Shown: in pieces, positions 1-10,409 of the stretch
Numbering within the stretch: position 1 is the first letter of the stretch
Layout: every line of letters begins with the position of its first letter
NCBI GenBank assembly: GCA_052327205.1
Contig: CM126223.1
Location: 62,062,001 to 62,126,000, forward strand
Direction: 5' to 3'
Length of the DNA stretch: 64,000 nt
Origin: Somniosus microcephalus
Taxonomy: Eukaryota
Program-made: the position numbers and the translations under genes
Notes under the pieces: generated by a model
What the model was told of the DNA's origin: nothing
Database searches by the model: none
Seen by the model: the letters and a program-made list of their open reading frames with translations, nothing else

Positions 1-307
1 AATTTAAATTCAGTTAATTAAATAAATCTGGAATTAAAAAGTTAGTATCATTAATGATGACCATGAAACTACCGGATTACCATAAAAATGCATCCTTAGG
101 GAAGGAAATCTCCTGGCCTTTATGTGACTCCAGACCCACTGCATTGTGATTAACTTTGAAATGGCCGAGCAAGCCACTCAGTTGTACCAATGAAGTATGG
201 GAGTACCTTCACCTCACTGACTGCAGCGGTTCAAGAAGGTGGCAATTAGGGATGGGCAATAAATGCTGCCCTTGCCAGCGACGCCCACATCTAATGAATT
301 AAAAAAA
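1..307 (+). mobile_element. HE1-like shark SINE, 3' part
   Basis: Tail 'caattagggatgggcaataaatgctg..cttgccagcgacgcccacatc' followed by an A-run. The same tail occurs reversed at ~24175, ~25805 and ~39890. Confidence 0.7.
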
Positions 308-608
308 TCAATCAATAGCCTTGCAGTACTTGTTCATGACAGTGAATAATTAACAAAGGAATTACTGACATAGGATTGTCATCGTGATTGACAATGCTGT
401 TGTAAATAAAGGGCATAGTGCCCCTTAGATATATAAAATATTGTGTTTGGTAAGCAACCGAATGTAATTGGAAACTTCAGAGTCTGAGTTGATTATAGGG
501 TAGCACAACTTTAAACTGGAATATTGTGGGAAAAAATCTGTATAATCTGTCCATTGTGATTTTAGTTCTACATTGTACTAGACAGTGCTCTTTTTTTTTT
601 CCCCCCAG

Positions 609-863
609 AGAGGCATTCCTGCACTGAACCTTGAAAATCTCAACCAGTTTCCATCTGCTCCTATTCCTACGTTAAGTGGGACCCCGATGACTTTGCCTAC
701 TTCAGTTCCACAGCAGTCTATGATATCGGTGCCAACTGGTCCGACTGTATCTATGTCTGTTCACACTGGCCAGTCTGTGGTAGGAATGAACCTTCCTGTA
801 CCAGTGGGTGGCAGCACAACCCAAGTTTCCAGTGGTTTTATGGCATCTTTCCCCGTCAGTCAG
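609..863 (+). CDS. SYNRG: Synergin gamma internal exon (RGIPALN...FPVSQ), phase 0-0
   Basis: Polypyrimidine tract and AG at 607-608, GT at 864. The 85 codons resemble vertebrate SYNRG 'RGVPAMSPDALNQFPAAPIPTLSG' (recalled). Confidence 0.93.
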
Positions 864-1003
864 GTAACTACGAGTATTATTCGAATGCAGCCATTTTTAG
901 TTCAGGAAGCACAATAAATTATTAACCCAAACAAGTAGTAATTCTGAGATTGTGAGCTAGTTAAGGAAGTACAATAAATTATTAACCAAAACATGAAATA
1001 GTA

Positions 1004-1329
1004 CAGGAAACTTTTTTTTTATCCGGGACCGACATGGTGCCGGTTCATCAAAAATTCCGGATAACCGAGAGCTATAGTAAAAGATACGGAGAGCTGAGAG
1101 CTCCGTATAAAGCAACAAACCCTGTTGCTTAGCAACAGGTTCAGAACAATGGCCACAAGTTCCAAGTGTCTCTGTAGCTTAGCAACAGCTGCAGCCACAC
1201 CCTTGCACAGCAACAGATCGAGGAAGGCAAGTACAATATGAAGTAAAACTTACCTGAACCTACTCCTGAATTTTGCCGGTTAACCGAGATTTCCGGTTAT
1301 TTAGGTGCCGGTAAATCGAGAGTTTCCTG
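1004..1329 (+). mobile_element. Tc1/mariner (pogo/Tigger-like) MITE, copy 1
   Basis: TIRs CAGGAAACT...AGTTTCCTG with TA on both sides (1002-1003, 1330-1331). Confidence 0.85.
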
Positions 1330-3372
1330 TACTGAGATTGTCACCTGTAACCTCCTGTTACCATGGTCTTAATTACAAATATACAGCAAGACAACTTGCC
1401 TGCACTGGGCATTCTCAACAGGAGAACAATCACCTCTGCAACCCAGTGCACCAGAGATAATAAATAGAAATGTGAATAGAATTTAAAAAACTTTGCACCG
1501 TACAATCACTCAGCGGACTCAGAGATAAATCCAGAATGGCAACCTACAAAAATAGGGGCAGAACGGGGAACTTGCAATCTTTTAATGGAGAACAAGAGAA
1601 AGTAGGAATGAGAACCAGCCATTGTCTGAGTGAATACTGAGAAGATTGTTTTCCTCCATGCTTTCTTGTTGCTGATTCCTTATTTGCTCCTTAGAATATA
1701 TCAAATGGACTTGTATATTATCTTCTATTGCATGATGCTATGCAAGATAGCTCTCTGATGGAACTCCAAAAGTTTATTGGTAACTCCTGATAAACATTCC
1801 AAAATCTATATCCCAGTCAACATTTTTTTCATGTCAACATGTTGGAAGTGTGTCCTGCCCTGAAGTTGCTGGCCTCCTGTTGGGGTACAGTTCTACAGGC
1901 ACTGGCAGCCATCTACTACCTTACCCACCTGACCATTTTCCTATGTGAGCCCAGACACTGAGCTATTTGCTCCTGAGGTGTGTTTCATGACTGAGCCCGA
2001 TCCTGTCCTTGCCCAGTGGCTGCACACACCAGCACTTTCCATTCGTGGACAGTGATCAGGAGCTGGGGACCCTGGTTGAGTTTCCCCTCTCCTCTCCCCA
2101 CCACTGTACGTTTTGGTTTACAATACATTTTTAATTTTCCTTGCATTTCCAGCTTTATTTTAGTTTTCTGAGCTGCGGTAACTATCCACGGGCCCTGTTT
2201 TGTTTTGGCAGGCAATAATGATCAAGCAGAAGAAATAACAATTGTGAGAAATGATCTATTTAATAAAAAGTGCTGAGTGTGCATTGTTAGAGAATAAAGA
2301 AATCAATATTCTCAAGTATTAACATTTTTGTTTAAAAATTAGCTGTATAATGAACTAACTTTTCAATGGATACTGGGTATTTATTTTGCTAAGAAGCCCT
2401 GTTACAAGCTAGCTTCTGATGAGAACTAATGTTTGTAACTGTTAGTTAATGGGAATTGTCAGGCTTTCCCATAAACAGAGACATGTCAATCAAAAAAAAC
2501 TTACAAGTGAGTGACTCATATAGTCATTCAGGTTCTTCTGCCGGCTCGTTCGATGTATTAGTGTCTTTCATTTAAATCAAATATCTAACTTGCAAAGTAA
2601 AGATAAAAGGGCTGATTCCCTGGCACATTAGCCATGGAGTGCTGGTTTGGGAAATTGCAGGCCCAAAGGCCCGGGTTTTCTGTCCAACCAAGGAATCGGC
2701 CCTAAAAAGAAACAAGCTACAAATGCTGAAAAAGAAACCCACAAATGTCAGGAATTAAAACACAATGGCCCAGAACTTGGTGTCGGGGGCTTGCCGCGCG
2801 TGCAAGCCCCCGATCTGCACTCACCCTGCGCGCTGACATCTGAAGCCCGGGCCTGCTTGCATTTCCTGTCACAGGCCCGGTTCAGATGTCAGCGCGCAGT
2901 GCTTACCTGATCCAGCGGCGTAGTTAGTGCGATGTGCCGGCTGGGATCTGGTGAGCACTGTACAACCAATCAGGGGAGGGGAAGGTTCATTCATGAGTTT
3001 GAGAGTAAGAACTGTCAAACTCATGAAAACTACAGGGGCCCAAAACACTCTTTAAACTTTAAATAAAAATTTTAAAAACATCCCAATCATTAAATTAAGT
3101 ATAAATAAGTTTAAAAAAATAATTTAAACAATTTTTTTTTTTTGAAAAAATAAATCTATATATATAAAAGAGCTCTCCTGTCTGTCTGTCCCGATGTCTG
3201 TCTGTCTGTCCGTTCTCTATACGTTTGAAAGTTACAGAGCGTACCTCAAAAGAAAGCTTGCGATTCCGGACCGGTCATAGGCGTATTTACGTTTTGGCCG
3301 GACAAAAATCCTGCCCGCGGTATCCCAAAAACGTTCAGCGTTCCGCTCATTAGCACCTCATTAGCGACCGTG

Positions 3373-3539
3373 TGACGTCGAGGTCCACCAATCGGACGGC
3401 GGGTTCCTTCCTACAGTTGAGTGTCGAGTGACTCGACGATTGACCAATCCTACGCTTCGGTGACCTGACCGGTCGACCAATCGGTGCGTGTGTGGGCGGG
3501 CCTTATCCTTCTGAACCGAGGTGAGTGGCCGCCATCTTG
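3373..3539 (+). promoter_or_regulatory. Promoter-like module inside the Helitron
   Basis: CRE-like TGACGTCG at 3373; CCAAT at 3388, 3444 and 3477; GC box at 3494; donor GAG|GTGAGT at 3521; YY1-type GCCGCCATCTTG at 3528. Confidence 0.6.
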
Positions 3540-3728
3540 ATTTTTCACAATTTTTCCCCCCACACTTTCTGTGTGTTAGGGAACTAAGGTAAATATTTTA
3601 ATGATGTGTTAGGAAATTAAATAACAATTTAATAGGGGGGGGGGGGGAAGAGCCTTGGGAAATCGCGGGGGGGGGGGGGGGGGCGAGCCTCGGGAAATCG
3701 CGGGGCGCTCGCGCTGACCGCGCATGCG

Positions 3729-4253
3729 CTGACCGCGCATGCGCCGCCCGCCCACCCACAGCGGCCGTCCATCAGCCGCGCGATACGCGGGGGACCTCGG
3801 CTCCGGACCTCAGGCGCTAGGCAGGGGGAGGGGCCGGAGAGAGGGACAGAGGGGAGCGGGGGAGGCGAGGGGAGGGAGAGGAGGGGAGGGAGGGAGGGGA
3901 GGGGAGGGAGGGATAGGACAGGAGAGGGAGAGGACATGACCGGGAGAGGGGGGACACACAGGGGCAGGGAGACCAAGCGCCCCAAAATTGCCCACTGACC
4001 GCGCATGCGCCGCCCGCCCGCCCACAGCGGCCGTCCATCAGCCGCGCCATACGCGGGGGACCTCCGCTCCGGACCTCGGGCGCTAGGCAGGGGGAGGGGC
4101 CGGAGAGAGGGACAGAGGGGGGTGGGGGTGGGCGAGGGGAGGGAGGGAGGGAGGAAGACAGGGGAGGGGAGGGAGGGATAGGACAGGGAGAGGACATGAC
4201 AGGGAGAGGGGGGACACACAGGGGCAGGGAGACCAAGCGCCCCAAAATTGCCC
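3729..4253 (+). repeat. Tandem duplication (~265 + ~259 bp), G/purine-rich, inside the Helitron
   Basis: Units ctgaccgcgcatgcgc...ccccaaaattgccc at 3729-3993 and 3995-4253. Confidence 0.9.
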
Positions 4254-5130
4254 TCGCAACGCGGGGCTCCCCAGCTAGTTTTTAATAAAAAGGGTCTAAA
4301 ACTAAACTTACCTTATTGTAGATTCTTTAAAATAATAAACCTGTGGGAAAAAAAATTCTAAACTACACTAAAACACCACTTACCTGTAAAAATAAATACT
4401 TACGTGTGCTTTTTACAAGCGTAAAGACCGGAGGCCTTTAGACATGCGCAAATCCCCCAAAACGGAGGAAATCCAAGACACACGCGCTGCCCCCTACAGC
4501 GCACGCGCTAGCCTCTTCAACTCTTGGGTTGGAGGAGAGGAAATGCCGGTTTTCAGCGCATGCGCTGTGCATGCTGAAAACCGGCATTTCCTCTGGCCAG
4601 ACGCGTGAGTACCCCTTCCGTACTCACGCGTTTGAGGAGGAATTTCTGCCCCAAAATGCTGGTTCATCAGTATCTGAAAAGAGAAAAGGCAGAACAGAAC
4701 CAGCGCTAACCTGCCTTTTCTCTTGCAGCTACTGACAAACCTGTGCGTTTCAAACATTTTCTTGTCCTTTCTCAGTAGTTTTACGCCATGCTAAGATCAT
4801 CTTCACGGGTGTCAGTACTGCAGCCTCTTTAATCTCTGCAATCTTGACTTTAGTGAAAACAAGAAACCTTGTGACGACTAAATGCTCTAACACACAATGA
4901 TGCTGCACACAAACACTTCACACGTTGCTCATGATTATTATTTGTTTTGCCTTTTAGCTGAAGCCGATATGTGGGATGATAGTTACAGTGTGAAAATTTG
5001 GGCAGTTGTCTTGTAAATATAGTTAATGATGTGCTTAAAAGGTGTGCAATGCAACATAATAGCAGTGACGGTTTGAACAATAACGCCAAGGATTAACGTA
5101 TACCAAAACTAAATCCTTCCCTTTATCCAG

Positions 5131-5270
5131 GTTGCAAAATCTGATGACGACGATTTCCAGGATTTTCAGGAGGCTCCTAAGCCTAACACAGCCGACGATT
5201 CTTTCAGGGCGTTCAAGGGTGAAGCCTCTGGAACCTTATCGAAGGCACCAAGCTCACAGACCACAATCAG
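5131..5270 (+). CDS. SYNRG: SYNRG exon (VAKSDDDDFQDFQEAPK...TTIS), phase 0-2
   Basis: tttatccag|GTTGCA acceptor, AG|gtttga donor, DDFQDF gamma-ear-type motif. This frame is missing from the ORF track. Confidence 0.92.
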
Positions 5271-6359
5271 GTTTGAATTATTGGCATGCAATAGTTATCT
5301 GCACAGTTGGATCTCGCCAATTGATATCCCAGTATAGGATGAATAAGAGCTGGGCAAGCCAGACAGCCTACCCAGTGTAATAAAAGTGAAAGGTGGGTGT
5401 AGTAAATGACTCGGAGTGTCAGCAGGACACTTAGCAACTGGCGTGCCTTATCACTGCGGCTGGCTAAAACAATATGGGGCAGGACATCATTCCTACACTG
5501 ATTTCTTCTCCACTTTGACTCCTTAAAAAATTATACAAAGGGTCTGAATGGAGTCCTAGTTTCAGAATCTTAGATCTAAATATAGTGAAATGTATTGGTA
5601 AAATCAGAGCTCTACAGACCATTGTTTGCTAATATTAATGCTCGTTCTCAAAACGTATGCCAGGGTCTCTTTATTTGGGCAGGTGATATTTTCACTCTAA
5701 TAACTTAAGACTGGAATTGAGAATTACATTTTAGCATTGAGCCAACAGGTTTCACAATTGACCGAATGCCCTTTACTTGATGCCTGTTTGATCAAATGGG
5801 GTATAAATTTAGGATTGAATTAGTCATGTGTACTGGTTCAAGTAAAATACAAAATAATTCCTATTAGCTCAAAAAGCAACAAGTGAGATTGGCGAGTGAA
5901 ATTTAAGCTGTGCTGGTATATCTGTGCCGACTGCTGAACAAAAATATCCCAACAAGCGAATAAATTGGGATAGATAGCTGAACGTAATCGAACCCTGCCT
6001 CACATCCATCCGTCTGATATTTAATATCTTAGTTATACAGTTATTTTAGGATTACATTTTATTGATTTTATTTAACTTTTGTTTTTCTCCCACGCAAAGT
6101 TCAACTTGGAGTGAAGAAAGTTGACACGGAGCAGTGGAGCAAAGCCGATTTAGTGGTCACATATGAATGATTTTGCTGTAAAGCTCAGCCTCACAGTCGT
6201 AAAATCGAAAGTTGTTTCTGCCATTAGCTGGTCACCCAGTTGAACCTGCAGAATGTTTTTCTTGCTAAACTTGTGTAGTATTTCTGATCCCGGTAGCAAA
6301 ACATTTTGTCTGCATAGTGTAAGTGATTTATTTGCTGTACCAAGAATGTTGCCTTTTTA

Positions 6360-6696
6360 CAGGAAACTTTGTGTTATCCGGAGGCTAAATGTCCGGCAAG
6401 CTCGAGCCACCGGCAAAAATCAGGAGTCGTTTCGTTAGTTTTTTTTTCTTTTTGTTGCTTTTTTTCTCGACAGCCAAGCTCTGCAAGGTCTCGCTAAAGC
6501 TGTTGCTAAGCTACAGAGACGCTACAGAGATGCTTGCAAGGTACGGCCGACTGCTATTGCTAAGCAACAGGGTTTGTTGCCAGATACGGAGCTCAAAATC
6601 TCCGTATGTTTCAACATTAGCGCTGGTTTGTCCGGCAGTTTTGATCTAACGGCAACAGCTCGGTCCCGTCGGTGCCGGATAGCACAAAGTTTCCTG
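6360..6696 (-). mobile_element. pogo/Tigger-like MITE, copy 2
   Basis: TA-CAGGAAACTTTGTG...CACAAAGTTTCCTG-TA. Reverse complement of the 63175 copy. Confidence 0.88.
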
Positions 6697-8798
6697 TAGT
6701 AAGCTTTAAAATTCATTGATGAGGCTTTTTTTTTGTCTGCCTGAAATGAGAGAATTCTTTACTTGAATTAGCTATTGCAACCAAACATTCCAATTGATAC
6801 TGTATTTTGAAGGCAGCTCAGAACGCAAGCCGGACCTTTAACAAAGTCATAAGATTTTACTTAGAATTTATAGTTTGCTCTGTAAATGTGGGAAAGAATG
6901 CTTGCGCAAAGGTTTCTGCTGTATAACCAGAGTCTATGTATTCAGAGTTCCTGAAACCTCCTTTTATACGGTTGCTTTCACATACACTACTCTCTTCCCC
7001 GCGTTCCTCCCACATCCAGTTTTCTCGCCGCCTCTCCTAATGGTGGTGATTCATGCTCGGGACGGAATTCCAATTGGAGCCTCTCTCACCCACATGTCTT
7101 TAGTCAGGGAAGGGTGGAAGAGAAACTGAGGGCAATGGTAGCAGCCCCATTTCCACCTACACTAAAAACTACTGTGCAAGGAAAAGCCTTCGTGAAAATA
7201 ATCACAGCTCTGGAAATGAGTGGTGGCCAATTGGTGGGTAGCTATGCATTGTGCTACTGCGAATTTCTCTTGTTTTTGAAAAACATTTTATTGAGGTTAA
7301 GTACATGACTCACCAATAAAAAAATACATGTCGAGCAAATGTAACAATGCTGCCTAAATTTTGGCTTAATACTGCAGCGTAAAATGAGCTACAGGGGTCA
7401 TAGTTACCATACTTCATTAAAAAACAAAACTTATAAAAGCTGCCTCTGTTGAATCAGAATGGAGTCATAGATGATCAACGGATATTCTTAGCAATGAGGT
7501 GATGGTTATTACAGCTTTATTAAAATGCAATGTAGAAAGACACACACAGAAAGTAATAAGGAAGGATTTTACGTTATTGCCTTTGTTTCCTTATTATGAA
7601 AGGGGATCCATTGTAACTGGGTGGTAAAGTAAAGATTTCTATTCATCGAAGATAATGGTGCCAAATGGAAATTGAAAACCATTTATTCTTGCAGTCTTTG
7701 TGTTTTGATTTGATTTACACACATTTTCTGAATCCTGACAGGATTGCAGTACTGAGCCGCTTGCTCTTAACTGTTCAGTAATTTATTAAAGGTTTTAACT
7801 ATGCTGTAAGAAAGTGATTTTTAGGGTGGTAATAAATAATTGACAGTTTTTTGCTGCAGGTATATTCATTGAAATCTTACGGCAGTTATGTGTTTTTCTT
7901 GTAGTAGATGTTTTTTTGCTTACACTTGTGTTCTATGATCACTATTGTATGCAAATTTCTCAATGATTAACATTTTGTACATTTAAACACTTCAAATGAA
8001 CAAATATTGTAGCTCAGGGAGCTTTGTAGTGCTGTCCACAACAACTTAATCTGCAAATATCTATGTGGAAATCTGATTGTATGATTGAAATATGCAATCT
8101 AAATTACTGAGTCAAATTCCAAAACAATTGTCATTGCAGTTTATAACAATTCAGTCAATTCAGAATGGATGATCTTCCTTTGTTCTTTTTGAGAGAAGAT
8201 TTTTTTTTCGTCATGTTTAATGCTGCTCTTGTACTGAAACAGCGATCAGAGATGACTAAAAAGCCATTACGTGTGAGAAAATAGTTTTCATAGTTTACCA
8301 TAATGGGTAATTGTGGTCAATAGAACACACCACTGCACACTGATGTCACGGACTACGCCCTGGCTGTGGAAAAACCACTGGATTGGCATTTGAGGTTTTT
8401 AGGGTGGTACTCCTCGCATTCTGACATGAGCACTTTCTGTCATTGATATTTTTCTTTTTGCTGAGGAGTCATTATGTAGAGGCTTGTACTTTCCGTTAGC
8501 TCTTTGCCCCTTGACAGCCATTGTCCTTCAGAGGACAATAAAATAAATGTGGTTTTCTGGAGTGCAAAGTTTGTTTGTAGATGTGAAAGAGGGCGTGTTA
8601 TACAGCATTTGAAAAGACACTCGGTCACTTCTGTAAGCGGGATTATTGGCCTTACCTGGAAAGTCTTACTTGTTTCGCTTGAACACTAATGAGAATTATA
8701 ACTGCAGGAAAAACTACTTACCTGCAGTTCTTCAGGCATGCATCTATGAACAGTGATGTTTGAGATCATTTTGAGTAATTGAATTCTCTCTCTTTCAG

Positions 8799-8914
8799 TG
8801 CACATACATTACTGACTCCAATTTCAGGAACCTCTGCATCCTCTTCAGTGGACAAATACGCAGTCTTTAAAGACTTGACAGAAGACAAGCCTACAGAAAA
8901 TTCATCGTTTGCAG
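8799..8914 (+). CDS. SYNRG: SYNRG exon (AHTLLTP...DKYAVFKDL...SSFA), phase 2-1
   Basis: tctttcag acceptor, G|gtacag donor. Phase fits both neighbours; DKYAVFK motif. Confidence 0.93.
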
Positions 8915-9043
8915 GTACAGTGGACTGTCTTCTGGCAATGTCTACATTATTATTCCACTGTTTGGCATTTTAGAAATATAATGAATGGAATTTTTCTCTC
9001 CAAATTACTGTGAATGTAGATATGTGCAAGTCAGCATGCACCT

Positions 9044-9314
9044 CATAGAGTCATACAGCACAGAAAGAGGCCCTTCAGCCCATCGCGTCCGCGCCGGCCA
9101 TCAAGCCCTATCTAATCTAATCCCATTTTCCAGCACTTGGTCCGTAGCCTTGTATGCTATGGCATTTCAAGTGCTCATCCAAATGCTTCTTGAATGTTGT
9201 GAGGGTTCCTGCCTCTACCATCCTTTCAGGCAGTGAGTTCCAGATTCCAACCATCCTCTGGGTGAAAAAGTTTTTCCTCAAATCCCCTCTAAACCTCCTG
9301 CCCCTTACCTTGAA
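9044..9314 (-). mobile_element. CR1 LINE 3' fragment
   Basis: catagagtcata-type tail; similar to 59203-59480. Confidence 0.75.
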
Positions 9315-9490
9315 TATTTTATTTCAAGCCATACATGAAAGTTTTGGTCATTGTTGTTCCTCCGGCTCCCCCACACTCTCCGCTGGTTCCCACCAGTGCT
9401 GCCGATCGCTCGACCCCTCCCTCAACACCCAGGACAACTCGCTTCGTCCACAGGCCTGGGGAAAAGGGGCGGCAAATGGCGTTCAACCGC

Positions 9491-9641
9491 TGGCAGCCAT
9501 TTTACCCACCATGCCAGAGCCGCTGGTATCTACCCACCGCGCCGGAGCCGCCAGCAGCCATTTTACCCACCGTACCCAGAGCCGCCAGCAGCCATTTTAC
9601 CCACCGTACCCAGAGCCACCAGCAGCCATTTTACCCACCGT
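9491..9641. repeat. 34-bp minisatellite, about 4 degenerate units
   Basis: Unit ccagcagccattttacccaccgtacccagagccg. Confidence 0.85.
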
Positions 9642-9999
9642 CCAATTGTAAGCATTTTTAAATTCCTGGATGTATGAATTAGATTATGATGTGCATCAAA
9701 TTTTTTCAAATTAAAAAATATATATTTGCTAAGTATTTCAGTCTCAAAATTCAAACTAATAAAATTGGCTTGTGTATATATAGTGTATATTGCTAAACAT
9801 GTTATATTACTGGATTTCATATCTTCATGTTTATTTTTTGAGAGAATGTTGCCCTGTTTTCTCCCTTTGCTCCTCCTGTGTACACCTCATACATTGTCCA
9901 GTGCTCCAGGTCACTGCTGCTTCCAAACCACTACCACTTACCAGAAGGCACATGAGAGCTGCCTGGTGAGGATACCTTTCCAATAATAAAGAAAATGAG

Positions 10000-10409
10000 G
10001 AAAGAACTTGAATTTTTATAGCACCTTTCACGGCCTCGTGATGTCCCCAAGCTCTTCCTAGCCAACAAAATTGTTTTTCTTTAAAGTGTGGGCACTGGTG
10101 TAAGATAGTAAAACGTGGCAGACAATAAGCACAGCAAGGTCCCACAAACAGCAGTGAGATAAATGACCATATAATCTGTTTTTGGTGTTGTTGACTTGAG
10201 GGATAAATGTTGGCCAAGACACCAGGGGAACTCCCCGGCTTCTCTTTGAATAGTTTCATTGGATCTTTTCTGTCCATCTGAGCGGGCAAATGGGACCTCG
10301 GTTTAATGTCTCATCCAAAAGATGGCCCCTCCGACAGCACAGTACTCCCTCAGTATTGCGCTGAAGTGTCAGTGCAGTTTATGAACTCAAGTCTCGAGTA
10401 GGACCTTCT
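10000..10409 (-). mobile_element. SacSINE/Deu-like SINE with L2-type tail, continuing at 14663-14706
   Basis: Contains 'cacagcaaggtcccacaaacagc'. The sequence accttct|gactcggagg is split by the 10410-14662 insertion. Confidence 0.7.

Larger units (their letters stand above)
3155..4278 (+). mobile_element. Non-autonomous Helitron
   Basis: 5' TCTATATATATAAAA followed by (TCTG)n. 3' GC hairpin GCCCTCGC-AAC-GCGGGGC (4250-4267), then CTAG. Inserted between A and T with no TSD. Confidence 0.88.
2767..4652 (+). mobile_element. PIF/Harbinger-like MITE interrupted by a Helitron
   Basis: Begins GGCCCAGAACTT and ends GAATTTCTGCCCC. Colinear with the copies at 48180 and 51802 once 3155-4278 is removed. 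TSD imperfect (AAT/AAA). Confidence 0.75.

Noticed and set aside
3629-4245. Proline-rich minus-strand ORFs
   Set aside because: By-products of the G-rich tandem duplication inside the Helitron.
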